Below the pieces are notes generated by a model, which ran no database searches, was not told the origin of the DNA, and was given only the letters and a program-made list of their open reading frames with translations. The position numbers and the translations under genes are program-made. This document shows positions 10,809 to 22,013 of a stretch of DNA of 32,000 nt, piece by piece. This DNA comes from Candidatus Karelsulcia muelleri PSPU (GTDB taxonomy: Bacteria; Bacteroidota; Bacteroidia; Flavobacteriales; Blattabacteriaceae). The DNA lies in assembly GCF_000829155.1 (NCBI RefSeq), contig NZ_AP013293.1, positions 150,001 to 182,000 on the forward strand. Direction: 5' to 3'. Every line of letters starts with the position of its first letter. The first letter of the stretch is position 1.

Positions 10809-13800
10809 TTAAATGTTAATTTTTTTTTTATAAAAAAGTAATCATTAATTTTACAATTAAATAAAAATTGTATAGAAGATTTATTTATATTTTTAAGAAG
10901 CTTATTGAATTTTTCAAAAGCTTTATATTTAAATACTAATATTGGCTTTTTCTGTTCATAAACTGAATATTGTGAAAATTTTATTAAATTTTCCATATAT
11001 TTAAGATGATGTTTACATTTTTCATCTATAAAATAAATAATTATTTTTTTTTCAAGTTTATTTATTACTTTATAATAGTTCTTTTCTTTTAAAGAAAGTT
11101 TAATTATAAAATTTTTAATTTTTAAATTTATAAAATTTGGGTTACAACTAAATTTTATAAATGATCTTATATATTTAATTTTTTTTATTATTTTATGTTT
11201 TATAAAATTATAATAATTAATTATATCATAATATATTTTTTTTTTAAAATCTTCTTTATTATAAGAATAATAAAATTTTTTTTTAATAATATTAAAATTA
11301 AAAATTTTTAATAATTCATTTTCAAATACTTTAAAATCATTTTTACTATCAGATATAATTTGATCAATTAGATTATAAATCATATGTGATATGAATATAC
11401 TTGATATATTTATATCTAATGCATTTTTCCTAAATTTATATAGAAATTTTCTTTGTTCATTTATTACATCATCATATTCTAACAAACGTTTTCTAATACT
11501 AAAGTTATTGGCTTCTATTTTTTTTTGAGCAAGTTCTATAGAATTACTAATTAATGGCCCTGTTATATACTCTCCTTTTTTATGACCTAATTTATCAAGT
11601 AGTTTGGATATACGGTCTAATCCAAAAATCCGCATTAGATCATCTTCCAATGATAAATAAAATTGAGAACTACCAGGATCTCCTTGACGCCCAGAACGAC
11701 CTATTAATTGTCTATCTATTCGTCTTGAATAATGTTTTTCAGTACCTATTATTGCCAATCCTCCTAATTTTTTTACCTCATCAGATATTTTTATATCAGT
11801 TCCTCTACCCGCCATATTAGTTGCAATCGTTACTATTCCAGATAGTCCAGCTGCTTCAATTATATCGGCTTCTTTTTTATAATATTTTGCATTTAAAACA
11901 TTATTATAAATTTTACTAATGTTTAATGACCTACTTATAAGTTCAGATACCTCAACAGAAGTTGTTCCAACTAATACAGGTCTTTTTTCATTTTTTGATA
12001 AAAAAATAACTTTATTTATAATTGCATTATATTTTTCTTTTTTAGTTTTAAAAATAAAATCTTCATAATTTTTTCTTATTACTGGTTTATTTGTAGGAAT
12101 AATGACTACGTCAAGATTATAAATTTTAAAAAATTCTTCTTCTTCTGTTGAAGCGGTACCCGTCATACCTGATAGTTTTTTATACATTCTAAAATAATTT
12201 TGCAATGTAATAGTCGCTAATGGTTGGCTATAATTTTCTATATTTACATTTTCTTTAGCTTCTAATGCTTGATGTAAACCATCTGAATAACGTTTTTCTT
12301 CTATAATTCTACCTGTTTGTTCATCTACTATTTTAACTTTATTATCTATTACTAGATAATGTATATTTTTTTCAAATAATGTGTAAGCTTTCATTAATTG
12401 ATTTACAGTATGTATTTTATCTGATTTTTTATAAAAATTAATTAATTTTTTTCTTTTTAAAAAATTTTTTTCTTCTATAGAAATGTTTTCCATTTCTATA
12501 TAAATAAATTGTTTTTGTATATCAGGAAGTCTAAAAAAATTAGTATCATTTATTTCATTAGAAATAAAATTCATTCCTTTTTCTGATAATTCTACAGTAT
12601 TATTTTTTTCATTTATAACAAAATATAAATCTGAATCAACTATAAACATATTTTTATTATTATCTTGCATATAATAATATTCTGTATTTTCTAAAATTTT
12701 ACGTATTTTTTTTTCTCCTAAAAACTTAATAAGAGGTTTATATTTTGGTAAACCTCTATAAACTTTAAAAAGATTTAATCCACCTTCTTTTTTATTTCCT
12801 GAATTGATTAACTTACGAGCTAAATTAAAAATTTTATTTAAAAAAAGAAGTTGTTTATTAAAAATTTTTTCTACTATATATTTAAATATATAAAAATAAT
12901 TAAAATTTTGGTCATTAACGGGACCAGATATTATGAATGGCGTACGTGCTTCATCTATTAAGACAGAATCGACTTCATCTATTATGGCATAATTTAATTT
13001 TTTTTGTATTAATTTTTTAAAAGAATTAACCATATTATCACGTAAATAATCAAATACAAATTCATTATTTGTCCCATATGTAACATCTGCTTCATATGCT
13101 TTACGACGGAAATATGAATTATTTTTATATATATCTATACAATCTACAGTTAAACCATGAAATTCCATAAGAGGAGCCATCCATTCACTATCACGTTTAG
13201 CTAAATATTCATTTACAGTTACTACATGAACTCCTTTTCCAGTAAGAGCATTCAAATAAATAGGTAAAGTAGCTACTAAAGTTTTACCTTCACCAGTATA
13301 CATTTCGGCTATTTTACCTTGATGTAATACAACCCCTCCCATTAACTGTACATCATAATGTATCATATTCCATATGACGGGTTTCCCCATAGAACTCCAT
13401 TTATTTTTCCAAATAGTTTTTCCCCCTTCTATCTTTAGATAAGATCTACTTTTAATTAGTAGATAATCTAGTTTATTAGAATTAACTATTATTTCTTTAT
13501 TTTCTTTAAATCTTTTAGCAGTTTCTTTTACTACTGCAAATGCTTCAGGAAGTAATTCTACTAAAATTTTTTCTTCTTCTTTATAAATTTTTTTTTTAAT
13601 TTTATAGATTTTTTTTAAAAAAAATCCTTTTTCATTTATTTCTTCAATAGAAAGATATTGATCCTTTTTATAACTTAACTTTTTTTGTAAGTTATCTATT
13701 TCTTTATAAAAAAATTTTGTTTTTTCTTTTATTTTTGATTTGAAAATCAAAGTTTGATTTCTTAATTCATCATTTGAATAGAAATTTATTTTTTTTTCAA

Positions 13801-13897
13801 AAAATTTAATATTTTTTAAAAAAAAAATAAGATTTTTCATATCTTTTTTGTTTTTTTTTAAAAAAAAAAACTCAATAAGTTTATTGAAACTATTCAT
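10805..13897 (-). CDS. secA: Preprotein translocase ATPase SecA
   Basis: [51 protein letters not shown]-like motif, [60 protein letters not shown]. Confidence 0.97.
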   Translation of the reverse strand: MNSFNKLIEFFFLKKNKKDMKNLIFFLKNIKFFEKKINFYSNDELRNQTLIFKSKIKEKTKFFYKEIDNLQKKLSYKKDQYLSIEEINEKGFFLKKIYKIKKKIYKEEEKILVELLPEAFAVVKETAKRFKENKEIIVNSNKLDYLLIKSRSYLKIEGGKTIWKNKWSSMGKPVIWNMIHYDVQLMGGVVLHQGKIAEMYTGEGKTLVATLPIYLNALTGKGVHVVTVNEYLAKRDSEWMAPLMEFHGLTVDCIDIYKNNSYFRRKAYEADVTYGTNNEFVFDYLRDNMVNSFKKLIQKKLNYAIIDEVDSVLIDEARTPFIISGPVNDQNFNYFYIFKYIVEKIFNKQLLFLNKIFNLARKLINSGNKKEGGLNLFKVYRGLPKYKPLIKFLGEKKIRKILENTEYYYMQDNNKNMFIVDSDLYFVINEKNNTVELSEKGMNFISNEINDTNFFRLPDIQKQFIYIEMENISIEEKNFLKRKKLINFYKKSDKIHTVNQLMKAYTLFEKNIHYLVIDNKVKIVDEQTGRIIEEKRYSDGLHQALEAKENVNIENYSQPLATITLQNYFRMYKKLSGMTGTASTEEEEFFKIYNLDVVIIPTNKPVIRKNYEDFIFKTKKEKYNAIINKVIFLSKNEKRPVLVGTTSVEVSELISRSLNISKIYNNVLNAKYYKKEADIIEAAGLSGIVTIATNMAGRGTDIKISDEVKKLGGLAIIGTEKHYSRRIDRQLIGRSGRQGDPGSSQFYLSLEDDLMRIFGLDRISKLLDKLGHKKGEYITGPLISNSIELAQKKIEANNFSIRKRLLEYDDVINEQRKFLYKFRKNALDINISSIFISHMIYNLIDQIISDSKNDFKVFENELLKIFNFNIIKKKFYYSYNKEDFKKKIYYDIINYYNFIKHKIIKKIKYIRSFIKFSCNPNFINLKIKNFIIKLSLKEKNYYKVINKLEKKIIIYFIDEKCKHHLKYMENLIKFSQYSVYEQKKPILVFKYKAFEKFNKLLKNINKSSIQFLFNCKINDYFFIKKKLTFK

Positions 13898-13903
13898 TTT
13901 ATA

Positions 13904-13938
13904 TATTAGATTAGATTATATTATATTATATTATATTT
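13904..13938. repeat. Seven-unit 5-bp tandem repeat in the divergent secA/rplS spacer
   Basis: Direct reading: TATTA GATTA GATTA TATTA TATTA TATTA TATTT. Confidence 0.9.
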
Positions 13939-13948
13939 AAAAAAAAAA

Positions 13949-14284
13949 ATGAATAATATTATAAATTATGTTTATAACAAATATATAAAGACAAAAAAGA
14001 AATTAGATATTTTAAAATTAAATTCTGGAGATAATATAACAGTTCATTATGAAATAATTGAAGGAGAAAAAAATAGAATACAATTATTTAAAGGAATAAT
14101 AATTAAAATTAAAGGATATACTTTTACTGTCCGTAAAATTAGTGGAGAAATAGGTGTAGAAAAAATATTTAATATTCATCAAACTTCAATAAAAAAAATA
14201 TATATAAATCAAAAAGGTAAAGTACGTAGATCTAAAATTTATTATTTTAGAAAATTAAAAGGAAAAAAAGCTAAAATTAAATAA
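13949..14284 (+). CDS. rplS: 50S ribosomal protein L19
   Basis: SGDNITVHYEIIEGEKNRIQLFKGIIIKIKG, FTVRKISGEIGVEKIFNIH, GKVRRSKIYYFRKLKGKKAKIK. Confidence 0.95.
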   Translation: MNNIINYVYNKYIKTKKKLDILKLNSGDNITVHYEIIEGEKNRIQLFKGIIIKIKGYTFTVRKISGEIGVEKIFNIHQTSIKKIYINQKGKVRRSKIYYFRKLKGKKAKIK

Positions 14285-14293
14285 AAATTATTT

Positions 14294-14641
14294 ATGTCAT
14301 TAAAAATAACAGAAGAATGTATTAATTGTGGTGCTTGTGAACCAGAATGTCCTAATAATGCTATTTATGAAGGATCTAAAGAATGGACTATTTCAGATGG
14401 TACAAAAATAAAAGGTTTTATTATTAATAAATTAGGAATTAAAATAGATGTTAATTTTTTACAAAAACCTAAAAAATATGATTATTATTTTATAGTTTAC
14501 GAAAAATGTACAGAATGTTTAGGATTTTATGATGAACCTCAATGTGCCTCTGTATGTCCAGTAGATTGTTGTATATTAGATGAATCTAATATAGAATCTA
14601 AGGAAGAACTTTTAAAAAAAAAAAAAATATTACATACATAA
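14294..14641 (+). CDS. 4Fe-4S dicluster ferredoxin
   Basis: Cluster motifs CINCGACEPECPNNAI and CTECLGFYDEPQCASVCPVDCC. Confidence 0.9.
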   Translation: MSLKITEECINCGACEPECPNNAIYEGSKEWTISDGTKIKGFIINKLGIKIDVNFLQKPKKYDYYFIVYEKCTECLGFYDEPQCASVCPVDCCILDESNIESKEELLKKKKILHT

Positions 14642-14644
14642 AAA

Positions 14645-16138
14645 ATGGAAAAAAATTATAAAAAATTAAAATTTATTATTTCACATGCAAAATATTACGG
14701 TTTTATATTTCCGTCTAGTGAAATATATGATGGATTAAAAGCTGTTTATGATTATGGCCAATATGGTATTTTATTAAAAAATAATATTAAAGAATATTGG
14801 TGGAAATCAATGACCCAATTACATGAAAATATAGTTGGTATAGAATCAAGTATATTGATGCATAATAAAATTTGGAAAGCTTCTGGACATATAGATGAAT
14901 TTAATGATATATTATTATATAATGAAAATACAAAAAAAAATTATCGTATTGATTTATTAATAGAAGATTTTTTAGAAAAAATTAATAATTATAAGAATAT
15001 ATTATTTTATAATAAAAAAATAATTTATAATATAAATTATATAAAAAAAAAATTTAAAAAAAAATTATTTTATTATATATATGAATGTTTCAATAAAAAC
15101 AAAATTTTAGATATAAAATCATTAATAAATAAATTAAATATATATGAGCCCAATAGTGGTTATAAAATTTATAAAATAAATCTTATGTTTATTGTATATC
15201 TAAAAAATTTAGATAATAATAAAAAACTTTATTTAAGACCAGAAACCGCTCAAGGTAGTTTTATAAATTTTTTAAATGTAAAAAAAACAAGTAAAATTAA
15301 TATTCCTTTTGGAATTTCCCAAATAGGAAAAGTATTTAGAAATGAAATAATAGCTAGACAGTTTCTTTTTAGAATGAGAGAATTTGAACAAATGGAAATG
15401 CAATTTTTCTTTTGTCCTGGTGAAGAAGAAAAATGGTATTATTACTGGAAAGAATATAGGTTAAAATGGCATTTATCTTTAGGAATAAAAAAAGATAATT
15501 ATCGTTTTTATAATCATGATAAACTTGCACATTATTCTAAAGATGCTTGTGATATTCAATTTAAATTTCCTTTTGGATTTAAAGAATTAGAAGGAATTCA
15601 TTCACGTACAGATTTTGATATGAAAAATCATGAAAAATTTTCTAAAAAAAAATTAAGATATTTTGATTTTAAAAAAAATAGAAGTTATATACCTTATATT
15701 ATAGAGACCTCTATTGGTTTAGATCGTATGTTTTTAGCTATATTTTCTTCTTGTTTAAAAGAAGAAAAAATTAAAAATGATATTAATCATAAACGTATAG
15801 TATTTAAAATACCTTATATACTATCTCCTATAAAAGTAGCAATATTACCTTTAGTTAAAAAAAATGAATTAACTTTTATAGGTAAAAAAATATTTAAAAA
15901 ATTTAAATTATATTATTCATTAGTTTATGATGAAAAAGATTCAATAGGAAAAAGATATAGAAGACAAGATTCTATAGGAACTCCTATTTGTATAACAATA
16001 GATTATGATAGCCTCAATGATAATTGTGTTACAATTAGATATAGAGATAGCATGAATCAAAAAAGAATACCAATATTAAAAATAAAAAAAAATATTGAAA
16101 AATCAATAAATATTAAAAATATATTAAATTATATTTAA
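14645..16138 (+). CDS. glyS: Glycyl-tRNA synthetase (single-chain, homodimeric type)
   Basis: KFIISHAKYYGFIFPSSEIYDGLKAVYDYGQYG, LRPETAQGSFINFLNV, PFGISQIGKVFRNEI, FLFRMREFEQMEMQFF, SIGLDRMFLAI. Confidence 0.95.
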   Translation: MEKNYKKLKFIISHAKYYGFIFPSSEIYDGLKAVYDYGQYGILLKNNIKEYWWKSMTQLHENIVGIESSILMHNKIWKASGHIDEFNDILLYNENTKKNYRIDLLIEDFLEKINNYKNILFYNKKIIYNINYIKKKFKKKLFYYIYECFNKNKILDIKSLINKLNIYEPNSGYKIYKINLMFIVYLKNLDNNKKLYLRPETAQGSFINFLNVKKTSKINIPFGISQIGKVFRNEIIARQFLFRMREFEQMEMQFFFCPGEEEKWYYYWKEYRLKWHLSLGIKKDNYRFYNHDKLAHYSKDACDIQFKFPFGFKELEGIHSRTDFDMKNHEKFSKKKLRYFDFKKNRSYIPYIIETSIGLDRMFLAIFSSCLKEEKIKNDINHKRIVFKIPYILSPIKVAILPLVKKNELTFIGKKIFKKFKLYYSLVYDEKDSIGKRYRRQDSIGTPICITIDYDSLNDNCVTIRYRDSMNQKRIPILKIKKNIEKSINIKNILNYI

Positions 16139-16161
16139 AATTGTACAAAAGTTTTATAATT

Positions 16162-16248
16162 TTATTTAGCACGGAATATTGTTTTACTTGTAAAAAATAT
16201 AACGCGAAAGAAGCCTTAAAAATGGGGTTAATTAATAAATCTCCTTAG
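16162..16248 (+). pseudogene. menB: Remnant of menB (1,4-dihydroxy-2-naphthoyl-CoA synthase), C-terminal part only
   Basis: Manual translation of 16165-16248 gives [27 protein letters not shown]-stop. This resembles the MenB segment (K)[28 protein letters not shown]. No upstream MenB body is present, glyS ends at 16138, and menA starts 17 bp downstream. Confidence 0.7.
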
Positions 16249-16265
16249 ATTTTAAAAATCTAATT

Positions 16266-17165
16266 ATGTTAGAATTTTATAATTGGATTTATGCTTTTAG
16301 GTTAAATACATTACCTTTGTCTTTATCTGGGATAATATTAAGTTCTTTTATATCTTATTCAGAAAAAGGAATATTTAATGTTCATATTTTTATATGGTCA
16401 TCATTAACTTCTATATTTCTTCAAATATTATCTAATATTGCAAATGATTATGGTGATGGAATAAAAGGTACAGATAATATATACAGGATTGGTCCTAAAA
16501 GAACCATACAATCATGTATGATTTCTAAAAAAAAAATTAGAATAGCATTGATAATATTTAGTGTATTATCATTTATATCAAATATAATATTATTATTTGA
16601 TTATTTTAAAAAAAAAAATTACTATATTATTATTGTCATTTTAATATGTATTTTATCTGCGATAAAATATACAATTGGTTATCATCCATATGGATATAAA
16701 GGGTTAGGCGATTTATCTGTATTAATATTCTTTGGTTTCATTTCTTTAGAAGGAAATTATTATTTATATAATAATCATTTAAATATTAAATTATTATTAT
16801 TATGTTTTTCTTTAGGATTTTTAACGGTATCAGTACTTAATATTAATAATATGAGGGATATTGATAATGATAAAAAAAATAAAAAATATACTATTCCAGT
16901 AAGAATAGGACTTAAAAAGTCTAAAATATATCATATCCTATTAATGATAGTTCCTTTTATTTTAAGTATAATATTTGTTATTATAACATATAAAAGTATA
17001 TACCAATATATTTTTATTATATTAATATTACCTACAATAATACATTTAAATAAAATTTATAAAATATCTAATAATAAAGATTTTAATAATGAACTAAAAA
17101 CAGCTGTATATATAAATATATTATATGCATTATTAATGGGTATAGGTTTTATATTAAAAAAATAA
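16266..17165 (+). CDS. menA: 1,4-dihydroxy-2-naphthoate prenyltransferase
   Basis: WIYAFRLNTLPLSLSGII, LQILSNIANDYGDGIKGTDNIYRIGPKRTIQSCMIS, VSVLNINNMRDIDNDKKNKKYTIPVRIG. Confidence 0.92.
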   Translation: MLEFYNWIYAFRLNTLPLSLSGIILSSFISYSEKGIFNVHIFIWSSLTSIFLQILSNIANDYGDGIKGTDNIYRIGPKRTIQSCMISKKKIRIALIIFSVLSFISNIILLFDYFKKKNYYIIIVILICILSAIKYTIGYHPYGYKGLGDLSVLIFFGFISLEGNYYLYNNHLNIKLLLLCFSLGFLTVSVLNINNMRDIDNDKKNKKYTIPVRIGLKKSKIYHILLMIVPFILSIIFVIITYKSIYQYIFIILILPTIIHLNKIYKISNNKDFNNELKTAVYINILYALLMGIGFILKK

Positions 17166-17258
17166 TTAATAAGCCTATACAAACTAATGATATAGTTAAT
17201 ATATGATAATTATTTTTCATATATATGATTATATTATTAATGGTATAAAAATCTTCTT

Positions 17259-18566
17259 TTAAAGAAAATTATTACTTAATAACCAATTTTTGAAAATTTC
17301 ATACTTATTACTTAAGTGTATACTTTTTTTATTTTTTTTTATAAGTTTTATTACTTTTTTATCTAAAAAGATTTTATCAGATAAATCCTCAGTAATTTTA
17401 TCTAAAAATTTCACTGGAGCGGCTGTTGATAAAAAAATATTATTAAAATAATTATTTTTATAATTTTTAATTAATTTAATTAAACCTAAAAATCCAATTG
17501 CTCCATGTGGATCCATCATATATTTATAATTATTCCAAATATATTTAATAATATCAATTGTTTCTTTATCCGTAAAAGAATATGCAGATACAATTGTTTT
17601 TAGGTTATTTATTGTTTTAAACATATACATTATACGACTAAAATTACTTGGATCAGATATATCCATAGCATTAGAAATTGTTTCTTGTGAAGGATATGGG
17701 TTATAAATTCCTGTTTTTAATAATCTAGGAATTGTGTCATTTATATTTGTAGCTGCAATAAAATGTTTTATAGGTAACCCCATTTTAAATGCTATTAATC
17801 CTGCACATATATTTCCATAATTTCCACTAGGAATAGAAAAAACAAGTTTATTATTGGAATGTAATAGTTTATAACACATAAAATAATAAAATATTTGAGA
17901 AAGTAAACGTGCAATATTTATAGAATTTGCTGATGTTAAAAATAATTTTTCACGTATTTGTTCGTCGTAAAAAGCTTGTTTTACCAAAATTTGGCAATCA
18001 TCAAAATTTCCTTTTATTTCTAAAGCTAGAATATTATCTCCTAATGTTGTTATCTGTTTTTCTTGTAAAATACTTATTTTAGAAGAAGGATATAATATTA
18101 CTACTTTTACACCATCAATTTTATGAAAAGCATGAGCTACCGCAGCTCCTGTATCCCCAGAAGTAGCAGTAAGTATTATAATATTTTTATTCAAATTTTT
18201 CCTAAAATATTTTATACATCCTGACAAAAATTTTACTCCTATATCTTTAAAAGCCAGAGTAGGTCCTAAAAATAACTCTAATGAAAAAATATTATTATAA
18301 ATATTATTTATATTTATTTTAAAATTTAATGTATTAGATATAATATTTAATAATTCTTTATATGGAATTTCATTTCCAATGAATGGTTGGATTACTTCCA
18401 GAATTAAATCGTTTACATCATAATTTGATATATTTTTAATTATTTTTTTTTCTAATAAAGGTATATTTTCAGGAAAATACAAACCTTTTTCTGGACTTTG
18501 TCCAGTTAAAACAGCTTCCTTAAAAGAAACTTTATATTTATAATTTTTTAAACTTTTATACAGCAT
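17259..18566 (-). CDS. thrC: Threonine synthase
   Basis: FLGPTLAFKDIGVKFL (PLP lysine), ILTATSGDTGAAVAHAF, SIPSGNYGNICAGLIAFKMGLP. Confidence 0.95.
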   Translation of the reverse strand: MLYKSLKNYKYKVSFKEAVLTGQSPEKGLYFPENIPLLEKKIIKNISNYDVNDLILEVIQPFIGNEIPYKELLNIISNTLNFKININNIYNNIFSLELFLGPTLAFKDIGVKFLSGCIKYFRKNLNKNIIILTATSGDTGAAVAHAFHKIDGVKVVILYPSSKISILQEKQITTLGDNILALEIKGNFDDCQILVKQAFYDEQIREKLFLTSANSINIARLLSQIFYYFMCYKLLHSNNKLVFSIPSGNYGNICAGLIAFKMGLPIKHFIAATNINDTIPRLLKTGIYNPYPSQETISNAMDISDPSNFSRIMYMFKTINNLKTIVSAYSFTDKETIDIIKYIWNNYKYMMDPHGAIGFLGLIKLIKNYKNNYFNNIFLSTAAPVKFLDKITEDLSDKIFLDKKVIKLIKKNKKSIHLSNKYEIFKNWLLSNNFL

Positions 18567-18582
18567 TTATAAAATATTAATT

Positions 18583-19515
18583 TTATATTAATTCATAATA
18601 TACAATTCCAGTTTTATTAATAGAAGAAGTATATATTTTATATTTTAATTCTAATTTAGAATAAATTTTTTTCATCACATTAGTTACTAATTCTGCTTTT
18701 TTTTTCCCATTACTTAACATAAAGACAGAAGGTCCAGAACCAGAAATTCCTCCTCCTAATGCACCTATTGATTTACAATTTATTTTTAATTCATTAAAAG
18801 CTGGTATTAATATAGCACGTATAGGTTCTATAATAACATCTTCTAATGATCTACTTATAATATCATAATCTTCTTTATATAATCCTGCTATTAAAGCACC
18901 TAAATTCCCCCATTGTTTTATAGCATCGTTCATTAATATTTTATGTTTTAATATTTTTCTTGCATCAGATGTTTTTATTTCTATTTCTGGATGTAGAATA
19001 CTTATCCAAATATTATCTGGTGAACGCAAAGAAATTATATCTAAAGGTTTATAACTTCTAATTAATGTTATTCCTCCAATAATAGCTGGAGCAACATTAT
19101 CTGCATGAGGAACACCTCCAGCTAATCTTTCACCTTCCATAGCAAATTGAATTAATTCAATTTTATTAAAAGGATTTCCTAATAAATAGTTAGCTCCTAC
19201 TACAATTCCTGCTGCACTAGCTGCACTAGAACCTATCCCACTTCCAGGTTTAATTTTTTTATATATTTCTATATCAAATCCTATATTTGATTTTTTATAT
19301 TTATTTAATAAAGCTTGTAATGCAATACTAATTACATTTTTGTTTTTATTTTTAGATAATTTAGCTCCAAAAATTTTTTTTATTTTTATTCCAGGTATAT
19401 TTGTTATTTTAATTATGATTTCATCATTAGGTATATTTACAGCTAAACCTAAAACATCAAATCCACAAACTATATTTGCTATAGTAGCAGGAGCAATTAC
19501 TTTGATTATCTTCAT
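18583..19515 (-). CDS. thrB: Homoserine kinase
   Basis: GHMP kinase motif KPGSGIGSSAASAAGIVVGANYLLG, GGVPHADNVAPAIIGG, GALGGGISGSGPSVFML. Confidence 0.95.
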   Translation of the reverse strand: MKIIKVIAPATIANIVCGFDVLGLAVNIPNDEIIIKITNIPGIKIKKIFGAKLSKNKNKNVISIALQALLNKYKKSNIGFDIEIYKKIKPGSGIGSSAASAAGIVVGANYLLGNPFNKIELIQFAMEGERLAGGVPHADNVAPAIIGGITLIRSYKPLDIISLRSPDNIWISILHPEIEIKTSDARKILKHKILMNDAIKQWGNLGALIAGLYKEDYDIISRSLEDVIIEPIRAILIPAFNELKINCKSIGALGGGISGSGPSVFMLSNGKKKAELVTNVMKKIYSKLELKYKIYTSSINKTGIVYYELI

Positions 19516-19516
19516 T

Positions 19517-21973
19517 TTAAAATTTACTAGCTTTAATTATATCTGACAATACTCCAGATGCAGTAACTTCTGCACCTGCACCTGCACCTTTTATAATTAA
19601 TGGTTGTTCACTATATCTATGTGTATTATATAATACCATATTATCTTTTCCTTCAAGGTTAAAAAATGGATGATCAACTCCTATTGATTTTAAACGTACA
19701 TATGCATTTCCATTTTTATATTTAGCTATAAAACGTAATTTTTGACCTGTTCTTACAGTTTTTTTACGGATTTCATAAAAAAAATTATTATATTTCTCTA
19801 ATAGATTATAAAAATTATCTATTGAAGTAGATGTTAAACATTCTTCAGGTAAAAAATTTGTTTTATATATATTTTCTAATTCTAGATTAGATCCACATTC
19901 ACGTGCTAATATCAATATTTTTCTCATTACATCTATTCCGCTAAGATCTATACGTGGATCTGGTTCTGTATATCCATAATTTTGTGCTTCTATTACAACT
20001 TTAAAAAAAGTTTTATTATAAACAAATTTATTAAAAATAAAATTTAAACTTCCAGAAAGAACAGCTTCAATTTTATATATTTTATCGCCACTATTTATTA
20101 AATCATTAAGTGTACTAATAACAGGTAAACTAGCTCCTACATTAGTTTCAAAATAAAATGGAAAATTCAAATTTCTTGATAATTCTTTAAGTTTTTTATA
20201 ATATTTATAATTTGATGAACATGCTATTTTATTACATGTAATAACACCTATTCCTTTTTTTAAAATATTTTCATATATCATAGCAATATTACTATTTGCA
20301 GTATTATCAACAAAAATACTATTTCTAAGATTAATTTCAGACATTATTTCCATAAATTTATTTAAATCCATATCATAAGACATATTTTCAATATAATATT
20401 GATATTTTTTTATAAAAATTCCATCTTTTTTAAAAATCATTTTTTTACTATTTGCTAAACCAATTACTCTTAATTTAATTTTAAATTCTTTATTTAAATA
20501 TTTTTTTTGTTTATTTATTTGATATAAAAGATTACTTCCAACTTTTCCTAAACCTATTATAAATAAATTGATTTGTTTATTTTGTTTTTCAAAAAATTTT
20601 TCATGTAAAATATTTATAGCTTTTTTTAAATCTGTGTTTTTTATAACAACTGAAATATTTTTTTCAGTTGAACCTTGAGAAATAGCTCGTATATTAATAC
20701 TATTTTTCCCCATAGCACTAAATATTTTTCCACTTGTACCATGCATATTTTTCATATTATCTCCAACAATAGCTATAATACATAAATCTTTTTCTATAGA
20801 AAGGGGTTTTATACTTTTATTATATATTTCTCTGTAAAATTCATTATCTATAACTATTTTAGCTTTTAAAACATCTTTATCATGTATACCTACAGCAATA
20901 GAATGTTCTGATGAGCTTTGGGTAATTAATACTACATTTATTTTTTTTTCTGAAAGAGTTTTAAAAAGTCTTTTAGAATAACCAGGTATTCCTACCATTA
21001 CACTACCTTCTAATGTAATTAATGATATTTGTTTCATTACAGAAATTCCAGTTATAGTTTTTTTTTTAATAAAATTTCTATTTTTTAGAGAAGTTCCCTT
21101 TTTTTTTTCTAAAAAAATACTTTTAATTTTTAAAGGTATTTGGTTTTCTATAACTGGTTGTAAAGTTGGAGAATATATTATTTTAGCACAAAAATGTGAC
21201 AATTCCATGGCCTCTTCATATGAGATCTTTTTTAGAGTATAAGCTTGTGATACTAATTTTGGATCAGCTGTCATTATACCATTTACATTTGTCCATATTT
21301 CTAATAAATTTGCTTTTAAAGCTGAAGCAATAATACATGCTATATAGTCTGCCCCCCCTAATGTAGAAGTTTTTACTTCTGATGAAAAAGCTATAAAACC
21401 TGGCAATATAATAAATTTTGATTTTTCTTTTTTAAAAAAATCAATTATTTTATAATTACTTTTTTTAAAATCTATATTTGCACATTCAAATTCATAATCT
21501 GTTAAAATTAATTCTCTACTATCTTTCAATTTTACTTTTAAATTAAATTCTTTAATTTTTTCTGCTATTAAATAAGACAAATTTATAACTCCAAAATTCA
21601 TTATATTATATAATGAATATTTTGATAATTCTTCTACTTGAAAAATTCCATTACAGAAATTTTCTAAAACATTTAAATTTTTTTTTAAATTACTAATTAT
21701 ATAACTTTTTTTAGTTATTGTAAATAATTCATATATTATAATTATGTGTTTATATTCTATTAATTCTAGAATATGTTTATAATCATTATTTTTTTTAGAA
21801 GCTAATTTTCCACATTTTATTAAAATATTTGTAATATTATATAAAGCAGATATAATAATAGCATATTTTACATTATTTTTATTTTTTTTTAAAATATTAC
21901 ATATTTTTTTTAGTGATACACTATCAATTAGTGAACTACTTCCAAACTTTAATACTTTTATAGCATTTGCCAT
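19517..21973 (-). CDS. thrA: Bifunctional aspartokinase / homoserine dehydrogenase
   Basis: Aspartokinase domain (KVLKFGSSSL, FIALPGFIA-like LPGFIAFSS, LGGADYIACIIA, WTNVNGIMTADPKLV), two ACT-like segments, and homoserine dehydrogenase domain (FIIGLGKVGSNLL, TCNKIACSS, NVGASLPVISTLNDLINSGDKIYKIEAVLSGSLNFIFN). Confidence 0.95.
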   Translation of the reverse strand: MANAIKVLKFGSSSLIDSVSLKKICNILKKNKNNVKYAIIISALYNITNILIKCGKLASKKNNDYKHILELIEYKHIIIIYELFTITKKSYIISNLKKNLNVLENFCNGIFQVEELSKYSLYNIMNFGVINLSYLIAEKIKEFNLKVKLKDSRELILTDYEFECANIDFKKSNYKIIDFFKKEKSKFIILPGFIAFSSEVKTSTLGGADYIACIIASALKANLLEIWTNVNGIMTADPKLVSQAYTLKKISYEEAMELSHFCAKIIYSPTLQPVIENQIPLKIKSIFLEKKKGTSLKNRNFIKKKTITGISVMKQISLITLEGSVMVGIPGYSKRLFKTLSEKKINVVLITQSSSEHSIAVGIHDKDVLKAKIVIDNEFYREIYNKSIKPLSIEKDLCIIAIVGDNMKNMHGTSGKIFSAMGKNSINIRAISQGSTEKNISVVIKNTDLKKAINILHEKFFEKQNKQINLFIIGLGKVGSNLLYQINKQKKYLNKEFKIKLRVIGLANSKKMIFKKDGIFIKKYQYYIENMSYDMDLNKFMEIMSEINLRNSIFVDNTANSNIAMIYENILKKGIGVITCNKIACSSNYKYYKKLKELSRNLNFPFYFETNVGASLPVISTLNDLINSGDKIYKIEAVLSGSLNFIFNKFVYNKTFFKVVIEAQNYGYTEPDPRIDLSGIDVMRKILILARECGSNLELENIYKTNFLPEECLTSTSIDNFYNLLEKYNNFFYEIRKKTVRTGQKLRFIAKYKNGNAYVRLKSIGVDHPFFNLEGKDNMVLYNTHRYSEQPLIIKGAGAGAEVTASGVLSDIIKASKF

Positions 21974-22013
21974 TCTACAACTTTATAGAAAAATACGGTT
22001 TTTTATTTCTTCG

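Noticed and set aside
11554-11820. 88-aa plus-strand ORF
   Set aside because: Antisense to the highly conserved SecA helicase region ([19 protein letters not shown]). No family features.
17166-17258. Short AT-rich spacer between convergent menA and thrC, checked for gene remnants or a strong terminator
   Set aside because: Only weak imperfect AT inverted repeats and no recognisable peptide in the frames I read.
19340-19546. 68-aa plus-strand ORF
   Set aside because: Antisense to the thrB 5' end and thrA 3' end.
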